Source: Candidatus Aenigmatarchaeota archaeon (lineage in GTDB: Archaea > Aenigmatarchaeota > Aenigmatarchaeia > CG10238-14 > SpSt-28). Taken from it: DNA of 64,000 nt. The DNA is taken from NCBI GenBank assembly GCA_038733315.1, contig JAVYPJ010000002.1, forward strand, positions 64,001 to 128,000, read 5' to 3'. Under the pieces are notes generated by a model. It was not told where the DNA came from and made no database searches. It worked only from the letters and a program-made list of their open reading frames with translations. A program made the position numbers and the translations under genes. Shown one piece after another: positions 39,942 to 48,846 of the stretch (its first letter is position 1; the number at the start of each line of letters is the position of its first letter).

Positions 39942-40769
39942 TTAAAACTCATATCCAAGATTTTCTAAAATTCTTTTCATTTTTAAGCTGTCTTGCTCTA
40001 AAATCGGACTTTCAGAAATTATTGTAATATTTTCAATCTTTTTTTCGATTAGAGTTTTTGCCAAATCTTTAAAGTTAGGATGGGAATTCAGATTAACATG
40101 TATATCAACAAATTTTTTCGTTTTTAAATTAAATTTAACGTTTGAAAAATGCGTATGATAATATTCGAATTTTGTAGTTTCAAAAATTTTTTCGAAATCA
40201 ATTTTTCCATCATTAAACACAAATATATGAGCAAAATCGATACAAATACCAAATTGTTTATGGCTTATCCTCTCTTTAAGCTCTAGTAAAGTTTCAAGAT
40301 CTGCGAACTGAGATTTTTTTGCCATGGTTTCATAAAGCAGCATAGAATTTTTTATTTTCAAACTTTTCATTTTATTTAAAAGCTCTATTGTTATTTCCTC
40401 CATCTTATTTATAGCATCTTCTTTACTTAACTCTCCATAATATGCCGCATGAACTACAACAAACTTAGCATTCATTATTTCTGCAAGCTTTAAACATTTT
40501 AATATTAGTTGTTTACTTTTCTCTATGGTTTCCTTACTTTTACTAAGAAGATTAATGAAATATGGAGCATGTATACTTAATTCTACATCTAAATCTTTCG
40601 CAATATTACCAACTTCTATAGCTTCGTTTTCATCTAAATAAATTTTTCTAACAAACTCTATTTCCATAGCGTTTAAGCCTAAATTCTTAACTTCTTTTAT
40701 ACCTTCTATTGTACTTCTTCTTTTCGAATCCAGTGTTGTAGGTAAACCTGCTGGACCTAATCTTATCAT
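39942..40769 (-). CDS. nfo: endonuclease IV (AP endonuclease 2)
   Basis: SIHAPYFINL, VVHAAYY, ETM, CIDFAH, ISESP. Confidence 0.9.
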   Translation of the reverse strand: MIRLGPAGLPTTLDSKRRSTIEGIKEVKNLGLNAMEIEFVRKIYLDENEAIEVGNIAKDLDVELSIHAPYFINLLSKSKETIEKSKQLILKCLKLAEIMNAKFVVVHAAYYGELSKEDAINKMEEITIELLNKMKSLKIKNSMLLYETMAKKSQFADLETLLELKERISHKQFGICIDFAHIFVFNDGKIDFEKIFETTKFEYYHTHFSNVKFNLKTKKFVDIHVNLNSHPNFKDLAKTLIEKKIENITIISESPILEQDSLKMKRILENLGYEF

Positions 40770-40773
40770 AGTT

Positions 40774-41391
40774 TTATTTATAGATTTTTTTCATATTGTC
40801 TAAGAAGCTAATCAAAAATCTTATAGTTGCTAAATCAAACTCTTCTAGGTTTTTGCCTGTGATTTCAACAAAATTAACATTATGCACTTTTATATATGTT
40901 TCATTAGATATAAGATAAGACCTTAAAAATATGTAATATGTTTCATTACTTAATTTTAACTCTTCTACGCTATATTTAATGTGTTCAACGTTGGTAACCA
41001 AATTAAATTCACTATACTTATTTAACTCAAACTCTAAAACTCTTTTCACCTTATAAAAAATTTCAAGCGCTTCTATGGCAGTAGCAGAATTATCATCACT
41101 TTCAAAGATTATGAATGTAAGATTTTTATAATATCCAGTAGAAAGTAGAAAGGTGGAAATCGATAGAGAATCTTCATTTGGTAGGATACTAATTTTATAG
41201 GATAAATCTATTGGTCTTCTGAACTGAATAAGATATCCTTTATAATCATAGTAAAATCTTTTTTGATATTCGAAGTTAAAACTTTTAATAATAAGGTATA
41301 CTGCTAGCGATACTGATATAATAGAAACTATAAAAACGAGTAAATATAAGTTTATTCTTATTTTAATTTTTTTGACGGATTTTTTTCCCAT
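40774..41391 (-). CDS. membrane-anchored hypothetical protein
   Basis: Basic N-terminus followed by a TM helix. Confidence 0.6.
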   Translation of the reverse strand: MGKKSVKKIKIRINLYLLVFIVSIISVSLAVYLIIKSFNFEYQKRFYYDYKGYLIQFRRPIDLSYKISILPNEDSLSISTFLLSTGYYKNLTFIIFESDDNSATAIEALEIFYKVKRVLEFELNKYSEFNLVTNVEHIKYSVEELKLSNETYYIFLRSYLISNETYIKVHNVNFVEITGKNLEEFDLATIRFLISFLDNMKKIYK

Positions 41392-41400
41392 AAATTAAGA

Positions 41401-42012
41401 TTAATTAATGAAGAAATTATTAGAATGATAAGGCAAAAGGTTTATTTCAGGTACCAATTTTAAACTATTGTTCGGAGTTTTCATTCCATTATTATAGAAA
41501 TGTTCATCATCCTCATATTCTTGAAACGAATTTATGAAAATTTCAATTTTATTCTTATATAATTCTACAAGAAGCCAAAAGCCGTTTGTAAAGTTTTCAA
41601 CCGTTTCTCTATTTCTATCTAGGGATATAGAAGTGACATAAAATGGGTGTAAACCTTCAAAAAAATAATTTTTTATGTTACCATTTTCGTCAAATAAATA
41701 TAATTCTTCTTTCATATATACGCAATCTATTAAAAGGAAGGAACAATCCTTAGTGTTATAAAAAATTAATCGCAAAACATTAACGTTTTCGTCACATCTG
41801 TTTTCTAATTCAATTCCATACTGGTTTTTTATAGAGTAGTTCGATAATTTTTTATATCCAAAAAAATTTAAAATTCTTTCTAGTGAATTTTTTCCTATAA
41901 ACTTAAGAATTTCATAGTCTTCGCTCATTACTGGTAGTACGACTAATGGAAATTTTTCATTACAGTGTTCGAACAATTTATATTCTAAATTTTCATACAT
42001 ATCAGAGTTCAT
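41401..42012 (-). CDS. hypothetical protein
   Basis: 203-aa ORF. Confidence 0.55.
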   Translation of the reverse strand: MNSDMYENLEYKLFEHCNEKFPLVVLPVMSEDYEILKFIGKNSLERILNFFGYKKLSNYSIKNQYGIELENRCDENVNVLRLIFYNTKDCSFLLIDCVYMKEELYLFDENGNIKNYFFEGLHPFYVTSISLDRNRETVENFTNGFWLLVELYKNKIEIFINSFQEYEDDEHFYNNGMKTPNNSLKLVPEINLLPYHSNNFFIN

Positions 42013-42034
42013 TATTATAAAAAACCGAAAAAAC

Positions 42035-42712
42035 TTATATTTTTTTCAAATATATGCTGATTTCACTAAAAGGTTCTCGTTGTTCTGTTCTAATTTTCTT
42101 TTGCATTTCTAAGTGTAAAACAGAGTAAAATTTAATGTATATTTCTTTCCAATCTCTATTCTCAAGAATTTCCCTAAATAAGACATTTTCTTTTTCTTTT
42201 ATCAAATTCAAAATTTTTTGAAATACATTTTCAACAATTTTTTCTATATCTATCTCCTCAAAATAACTTCTAATTTTTTCCTCATTTTCTTTTCTTTTCC
42301 TAAATCTCTTTTCTTTCTTCTCCTTTAATTCTAAGACTTTTCTTAGCGAGATGATTAATTCATCTAGAGTCACTTGAGAAATAGGTAATCTTTTAATTGG
42401 TGGGGATATTTCTAGGTTGCTAATATCTATTTGAGGTAAATCTAAAATCTCTCTAATTTTTTCTTGAACCTCCTGTTCTTTTGGAAATAATAAATCGACT
42501 TTCAATTTTAATAAAAATACTGCAATATATAAAACTTTTGCTGGAATTCTAAAGTCTAAATCTTTAGCAATATTAACATATTCTAAAAACTTATCACACA
42601 GTTTTATAAGGTCTATATCATAAGGATTTAAATTTTCAAACTCTATAATGTAATAAAGTAGTTTTTCCCAATCTCCTCTTTCTATTATCTCAAAAATACT
42701 AAGAGGCTGCAT
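42035..42712 (-). CDS. scpA: kleisin ScpA
   Basis: LNPYDIDL, VTLDELI, F..VLHL...EQ.EPFSEI; follows smc. Confidence 0.92.
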   Translation of the reverse strand: MQPLSIFEIIERGDWEKLLYYIIEFENLNPYDIDLIKLCDKFLEYVNIAKDLDFRIPAKVLYIAVFLLKLKVDLLFPKEQEVQEKIREILDLPQIDISNLEISPPIKRLPISQVTLDELIISLRKVLELKEKKEKRFRKRKENEEKIRSYFEEIDIEKIVENVFQKILNLIKEKENVLFREILENRDWKEIYIKFYSVLHLEMQKKIRTEQREPFSEISIYLKKI

Positions 42713-45152
42713 CGTTTACCTTTAAACTTAGAATTTTTGATTCTCCATCTTCTAAGGTAACTCCATATAAAGTATCTGCGTATTTTACAGTTATATCATT
42801 ATGAGTTATTATTATTATTTGGGTGTTTTTTGACAGTTCTTTCAAAAGATTTGCAATTTTTTCTGAATTAATTTTATCTAAGGCTGCATCTATTTCGTCC
42901 ATGGAATAAAAAACGCATGGTCTTATCATTTGCAACGACATTAAAAATAATATAGCTACTAATGTTTTTTCTCCTCCAGATAAACTATCTAAATCAACAT
43001 AACCTTTATCTGGAAACTTTACTTCTATTAATAATCCGCTATCTAAGTTATTAGCATCTTCTAATTCTATTTTAGCTTGTCCGCCTATAAGCTTATTAAA
43101 AAGATAATTAAACCTTTCTGAAACCATATTCATTGTTGAGAAAAACTTTTCCCTTCTTTTGTTCTCTATTTCACTTATAGTTGCAATAACCTTATCCTTT
43201 TCTGCTCTTACTTTATCGAACTTTTCTTTTAACGTTTCAAAATCAATCCTTATTTTTTCAAAATCTTCGATAGCTTTAAAGTTTATAGACCCTAACGATT
43301 TTATTTCAAAAGAAATTTTATCTTGCATTATTGTTAATTTTTCGACATCCTCATCTATAAAATCTTGTACATCTCTAAATTCTTCTAACTCGGTTAAATA
43401 TTTTTCTTTTTCAGCTTCAAGCCTGGCAATTTTTATTTTATTATTTGCTATTTTGTTCTGTAAATTCAGCTTTTCATCAAAAAGTTTTTTTCTTTCCCTT
43501 CTCAACTTTTCTAACTCCTTTTCATCTATTTCAATAGAAACGTCTATTTCTATAGGCTTAATTTTTCTTAGTTTGTTTTCAATTTCCCCTATTTCTAATT
43601 CTAAAACTTTATTCTCTTCTTCCAACTTTTTAATAATTTCTCTGTATTTCTCTATTTCTTTTTCTTTTCCAAAATCTGTAAAAACTTTTCTAACTACATA
43701 ACCACCGCTAACAACTCCACTTCTTTCAATTAAATCTCCATCTAAGGTCACCATTCTAATCTTTCCTATTCCAACTTTTTTCCCAACATCCAAATCTCTA
43801 ATCACTAGCGTATTTCCAAAAACAAATTCAAATGCAGCTTCAAATTTTTTATCAAAATTTATTAAATCGCTTGCTATTCCAATAACTCCATCTATTTCCA
43901 AAAATTTTTCTTCTAATCTTTTATAGCTTAGTTTGTCTAGTGGCAAAAAAGTGGCTCTTCCAATTCTCTCTTTTTTTAAATATTCTATACAATTTTTAGC
44001 GACATCAAAGTTTTCTACTACAATATCAAATAAATGGTTTGCTGCAGCAACTTCTATAGCCAATTGATATTCTTCTGGAACTTTCATTAGATTATATATA
44101 GTTCCATAAACTCCACTTAATCCTAAATTAAGAATCTCTTTTACGGCTATTGGCATATCTCTTTCAGACTTTATGCTTTCTAAGCTGTGAATTAAGTTTA
44201 ACAACCTTTCTATCTCTTTTTTATTATATTCATATTTAGCTTTCTTTATTTCCAATTCGACTTTTAAATTACTCTCTTCCTCTTTTTTAGCTATGTTTTT
44301 AAAATTTTTAAGTATTTTGTTTATTTCCTCCTCTTTTTTATTTATTTCTTCATCTATTTTTGAAATCTTTTCAGCCATTTCTTGAACAAATCTTTCCATC
44401 TCTTCTATCTGTTTTTTAATGTCGTTTATTTGTCTATCTATTTCTTCGCTTTTTTTAATGAGTAATGATTTTTTTACAACTTTCAATTCTTTTTCTAACT
44501 CTTTATACTTAAGAGCTATATTTCTTTGTTCTTCTAACTCTTTATATTTTTTATATTTTTCGGTTATAACTAATTCTAATTCTTTTAACCTTTGTTCTAT
44601 TTTTTCTAAGTCTTGCATAGCTTTTTCCTTTTTTTGATTATATTCATAAATACCAGAAAGTTGATCAATAATCTCTCTTCTTTCACTTTCACTCATTTCT
44701 ACTATTCTTGTAACGTCGCCCTGTAAAATAATGTTATAGCCATCGGGCCTTAAATTAGCAAAACTCAAAATTTCTAAAACTCTTTCTCTGGTTTCTGTTT
44801 TATCATTAATTTTATATATAGTATGGCCTTTTCTGTTAACTTTTCTAGTTATTATTACTTCGTCACTATCTATTGGAAATTTTCTATCGGTATTATCGAA
44901 AATAATTGAAACAGAAGCTACTTCAGCAGGTTTTTTATTTTCATTACCTCTAAATATAAGCTCACTTAATTTATCGGCTCTCATTTGTTTCGCTGAAATT
45001 TTTCCTAAGACGAAACATATAGCATCTATAATGTTAGATTTTCCACTTCCATTTGGACCTACTATAACGTTTAAACCATTAACAAACGGAATAACAGTTT
45101 TTCTGTTAAAACTCTTAAATCCTTGCAACACAATTTTTTTAATGTAAACCAT
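42699..45152 (-). CDS. smc: SMC chromosome segregation ATPase (short arms, 817 aa)
   Basis: GFKSF, GPNGSGKSN, hinge GRATFLPL/VTLDG, LSGGEK, DEIDAALD. Confidence 0.95.
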   Translation of the reverse strand: MVYIKKIVLQGFKSFNRKTVIPFVNGLNVIVGPNGSGKSNIIDAICFVLGKISAKQMRADKLSELIFRGNENKKPAEVASVSIIFDNTDRKFPIDSDEVIITRKVNRKGHTIYKINDKTETRERVLEILSFANLRPDGYNIILQGDVTRIVEMSESERREIIDQLSGIYEYNQKKEKAMQDLEKIEQRLKELELVITEKYKKYKELEEQRNIALKYKELEKELKVVKKSLLIKKSEEIDRQINDIKKQIEEMERFVQEMAEKISKIDEEINKKEEEINKILKNFKNIAKKEEESNLKVELEIKKAKYEYNKKEIERLLNLIHSLESIKSERDMPIAVKEILNLGLSGVYGTIYNLMKVPEEYQLAIEVAAANHLFDIVVENFDVAKNCIEYLKKERIGRATFLPLDKLSYKRLEEKFLEIDGVIGIASDLINFDKKFEAAFEFVFGNTLVIRDLDVGKKVGIGKIRMVTLDGDLIERSGVVSGGYVVRKVFTDFGKEKEIEKYREIIKKLEEENKVLELEIGEIENKLRKIKPIEIDVSIEIDEKELEKLRRERKKLFDEKLNLQNKIANNKIKIARLEAEKEKYLTELEEFRDVQDFIDEDVEKLTIMQDKISFEIKSLGSINFKAIEDFEKIRIDFETLKEKFDKVRAEKDKVIATISEIENKRREKFFSTMNMVSERFNYLFNKLIGGQAKIELEDANNLDSGLLIEVKFPDKGYVDLDSLSGGEKTLVAILFLMSLQMIRPCVFYSMDEIDAALDKINSEKIANLLKELSKNTQIIIITHNDITVKYADTLYGVTLEDGESKILSLKVNDAAS

Positions 45153-45214
45153 AATTAATATACATTAAGGTTAAAAATTAAATAAAATTTAAAAAGCTAT
45201 TCTAAATTTTTAAA

Positions 45215-45700
45215 ATGAGAGAAAAAAACTGTGTAATACTAGCTTTTGAAAAACTTTTTAGTTTTTTGAATATTATAGAAGTAAACTTACCTGAGGTTTT
45301 GGAAAAAGAATTATATGAAAAAAGATTTATTAGCGAAAAGGAAGTTATAGATATAGTTAACAAGTTAAAAAACGTTTTGTCGCAATATAATTTATCTATT
45401 GATATTTATCGCCTATACAATGATAAGGAAATTATTTCTTATTTTTCAAAAAAAGAAATTGAAAAAGAAAAGAAACAACAAAAAGAAAGGGCATACGAAA
45501 TATTAAATGAAAACTTTGGCATTTTATTGTTAGATGGAGATGATAATGGTCATGCATACATCTTTTATAAGACAGAAAATATGAAACCTCACGAAATTAT
45601 TATTATTGATCCAAGAAAAGAAAAAGCTGAAAAGGTTGAAATCGAAAAGATTTATAAAAGAATAGATTACATTATCTTCTTAAGCAAAATTCTTAGTTAG
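45215..45700 (+). CDS. hypothetical protein, possible Cys-His-Asp papain-like fold
   Basis: NCV near the N-terminus, GHAY, IIDP. Confidence 0.45.
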   Translation: MREKNCVILAFEKLFSFLNIIEVNLPEVLEKELYEKRFISEKEVIDIVNKLKNVLSQYNLSIDIYRLYNDKEIISYFSKKEIEKEKKQQKERAYEILNENFGILLLDGDDNGHAYIFYKTENMKPHEIIIIDPRKEKAEKVEIEKIYKRIDYIIFLSKILS

Positions 45701-46537
45701 CTTACAAAAGGCACAAATCTCTTGATTAGTAACTTCTTTACAAATCTTGCATTCTCTAAACTCTTCTTTAACTATTTTTTTATAATACTTTTTATTAAAA
45801 TTTACTAAACCCTTAAGAAAATTGATATTAAAATTTTTAAAATTTTTTTCGTTAAAATTCAAAAATTCAAAAATCTTTGAATCCTCGTTTTTAGCTAAGT
45901 AGCAGCAGTATTTTGGTGAATATGGACAGCTAATACTTGTTATTGGTATTTTTTTTATTTCACAATATTTTTTATTTTCATCTGGAATTGCAAATATGAG
46001 TGGTCTAATTTTTGTTAGTTGTTTTGGGTGTTCACTTTTTAGTTTTGGCAAAATTTTAAAATTCCAGTCAAAATTGCTATGGATAATATTTTTGTAGTAA
46101 TTTATAAGAAAATCAAATGCATGATGCCCTGTAGCAAGTTTTGTAGCTCCCAACTCTCTAGGAATTTTATTCATCAAATATCTTTTTACTAATCCGCATA
46201 TTGAACATATAGGTCTTTTAGTTATTTTAGAAATTTTTAAGATATCAAGATTAAATTCCTTCTTAACATCAGTAACAAAAAGTTCTACTTTAATAACATT
46301 CGCAATTTTTTCAACATCTTTTTGCAATTCGTAAGAATATCCAAAACCTAAATTAATATGGTATGCATATATTTCAGCACTAATATTTTTTTCTTCGATG
46401 TATTCTTTTAGCAAAGATAAAGCAGCGGAACTATCTTTTCCTCCACTTATAGCAACAAAAACTTTATCTTTTTCCTCTATTAACTTAAATTTTTCTATGG
46501 TTCTAAAAATTTTTCGCTTATAATCGTTAATTTCCAT
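45680..46537 (-). CDS. tRNA 2-thiolation protein TtuA/TtcA family
   Basis: SGGKDS PP-loop, CSICG, ATGH, CPY, C-terminal CKIC..CAFC. Confidence 0.88.
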   Translation of the reverse strand: MEINDYKRKIFRTIEKFKLIEEKDKVFVAISGGKDSSAALSLLKEYIEEKNISAEIYAYHINLGFGYSYELQKDVEKIANVIKVELFVTDVKKEFNLDILKISKITKRPICSICGLVKRYLMNKIPRELGATKLATGHHAFDFLINYYKNIIHSNFDWNFKILPKLKSEHPKQLTKIRPLIFAIPDENKKYCEIKKIPITSISCPYSPKYCCYLAKNEDSKIFEFLNFNEKNFKNFNINFLKGLVNFNKKYYKKIVKEEFRECKICKEVTNQEICAFCKLTKNFA

Positions 46538-46602
46538 AATTAAACTCTAAAAATTTGAAATTTCATTATCTTTAAATATATTTTTCATTTCGAAAAAATA
46601 GT

Positions 46603-47349
46603 ATGAAGGAAATTCCAATAACTTTTAAAGTTAATAACGAGCAAATAGTTGGCATTTTGCACTTATCAAAAGAAAATTCTCCAATAATAATTATTTGTCA
46701 TGGACTAGCCTCTAATAAACTAGGCCCATATTCTTTTTTTGTTAATGTAGCAAGGGAGCTTGCAAAAAACGGCTTTTCAGTTTTAAGATTTGATTTTAGA
46801 GGTTGTGGAGATTCCGAAGGTAATGAGCAAACAATAACATCTATGTTAGAAGATTTAGATGCTGCGATAAATTTTATAGAAGGTTTAAATGAAGTTGATG
46901 CAAAAAGATTATGCGTTATTGGCCATTCCTTAGGAGCTTATATATCTTTTTTAAAGGCAGTTTTTGATAAAAGAATAAAATACTTAGTTTCTTGGATGGG
47001 AAGAGTTTCTAGCGCAAAAGATTTCTTTAGTAAGGTTTTTTTTGAAGAACTAGAAAGAAAAAAATATTTTATAGGAAGAGGATTATTAATAACTAAAAAA
47101 ATGCTAGAAGAGGATTTAAAATATAATTTATTAGAGCTAGCGAAAAATATAGAGGCGAAAGCTTTATTGATATATGGCGAGCTAGACGATATGGTTCCGC
47201 CATCAGAGGGCTTAAAGCTAAAAGAAGTGTTAAAAGAAAAGGCGGAATTAACTATATTAAAAGATTTAGACCATTTTTTTAATAAGGGAGCCAATACAGA
47301 AGTAATTAAAATAACTATGGATTGGCTTAAGAAAAACCTTTCTAAATAA
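46603..47349 (+). CDS. alpha/beta hydrolase
   Basis: CHG, FDFRGCGDS, GHSLG, DHFF. Confidence 0.92.
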   Translation: MKEIPITFKVNNEQIVGILHLSKENSPIIIICHGLASNKLGPYSFFVNVARELAKNGFSVLRFDFRGCGDSEGNEQTITSMLEDLDAAINFIEGLNEVDAKRLCVIGHSLGAYISFLKAVFDKRIKYLVSWMGRVSSAKDFFSKVFFEELERKKYFIGRGLLITKKMLEEDLKYNLLELAKNIEAKALLIYGELDDMVPPSEGLKLKEVLKEKAELTILKDLDHFFNKGANTEVIKITMDWLKKNLSK

Positions 47350-47350
47350 T

Positions 47351-47422
47351 GGGCCGGTAGCTCAGAGGAAGAGCGCCCGCCTTGCAAGCGGGAGGCCCGG
47401 GGTTCGAATCCCCGCCGGTCCA
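47351..47422 (+). tRNA. tRNA-Ala(TGC)
   Basis: CCCGC-CTTGCAA-GCGGG; G3-U70 pair. Confidence 0.95.
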
Positions 47423-47495
47423 GATTTTAATTTTTAAGTTAGTAATATCCACTCTAAAACCTTAAGCTAAGCAAATAAATTAAAAAATTATCAGC

Positions 47496-47593
47496 TGGGC
47501 CCGCTGGGATTTGAACCCAGGACCTCCCGCTCTCTTAGATAATAGAGCGTCGCCATATAAGGCGGGCGCTCCACCAGACTAAGCTACGGGCCC
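47496..47593 (-). tRNA. tRNA-Ile(TAT) with 24-nt intron (47532-47555)
   Basis: CCCGC-CTTATA[intron]A-GCGGG; CUUA/UAAG central helix of a BHB motif. Confidence 0.88.
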
Positions 47594-47648
47594 ATGTTGT
47601 CTTATAATTAATGTTTATCCTTAAATTAATATTTTTTATAAATTTTAA

Positions 47649-48845
47649 ATGAAGATTGGTTTCATTTCTGATTTGCACTTGGGTTTTGGAAGAGAAAGCG
47701 AGATATTTAATGATATTTTTCAAATATCTGAAAAAATAATATTAGAGCTTTCTGAGAGTTGTGATGTAGTTTTTATTGTTGGAGACCTTTTTGATGAAAA
47801 AAATCCTAACAATGAAATAATATTAAAATTGATTCAAATCTTTAAAAAAGTTAGGAAAAGGGATAAAAAAATAAGATTTAAAATTAATGAAGAAAGTTTT
47901 GAAGAAAGTGCGCCTATATTTTTTGCAATTCATGGAAATCATGATAGAAAATTTAAAGATGAAACTTCTATATATAAAATTTTTGAGGAAATAGGAATAT
48001 TTCATTACATTTCCTTAGGAAAGATTTTAATAGAGAGTGATCAAAAAATCTGTATTTATGCAATGTCTAATGTTCCTGAAAGATATGCAAAAAATGTTCT
48101 TTTCGAAAAGCTTGCTCCCAAAATAGAAAAGGATTACTTTAATATTTTAGTGTTACATCAGAATATTTATCCCTATGTATATTCTATTGAAGATAGTAGC
48201 TTAAAGATAAGCGATTTACCAAAAAACTTCAATTTAATAGTTAATGGTCATATACATATAAGAAATGTTGAGAAAACTGGAAATACAACTCTTCTAATTC
48301 TCGGAAGTCCAGTAATAACTAAATTGCATGAAAGAGAAATAAATGAGAGAAGAGGCTATAACATTGTAGAAATATATGATAAAGAAAACTTTGATATAAT
48401 TTTTCAAGAAATAGAACTACCAAGAAAATATTATTTAATAGAAATTGATTCAGAAAAAATTAATTTAGAGGATTTAGAAAAAAATATTAGCGAAAAAATA
48501 AATAAAAACAAAGAAAAACCAGTAATAAAGATAAAATTGTTAGGAAAGGCAGAAATTGATGAGAAAGTAATAAAAAACATTTTGCAAAAATATGAAGATA
48601 AAGCAATTTTAAGGATAGAAAATCTAATAGAATCAGAAAGAGCATCTGAAATAATTAAAAATATTGAAATTATTAAAGAAAGAAAAAGCATAGATGAAAT
48701 CATTATTTCAACAATTTTAGAAAGGTTAAAACAAAAAAATTTTTCTAACTCTTTCGATTTTCAAAAACTAATAGAGCTCTTTGAAGATGGTGATGTAGAT
48801 ACTTTAATAGATATAATAACAAAAACGCAGAAAACTCTTATATAA
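47649..48845 (+). CDS. mre11: Mre11 nuclease
   Basis: SDLHLG, GDLFD, GNHD, LHQ, GHIH. Confidence 0.93.
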   Translation: MKIGFISDLHLGFGRESEIFNDIFQISEKIILELSESCDVVFIVGDLFDEKNPNNEIILKLIQIFKKVRKRDKKIRFKINEESFEESAPIFFAIHGNHDRKFKDETSIYKIFEEIGIFHYISLGKILIESDQKICIYAMSNVPERYAKNVLFEKLAPKIEKDYFNILVLHQNIYPYVYSIEDSSLKISDLPKNFNLIVNGHIHIRNVEKTGNTTLLILGSPVITKLHEREINERRGYNIVEIYDKENFDIIFQEIELPRKYYLIEIDSEKINLEDLEKNISEKINKNKEKPVIKIKLLGKAEIDEKVIKNILQKYEDKAILRIENLIESERASEIIKNIEIIKERKSIDEIIISTILERLKQKNFSNSFDFQKLIELFEDGDVDTLIDIITKTQKTLI

Positions 48846-48846
48846 A

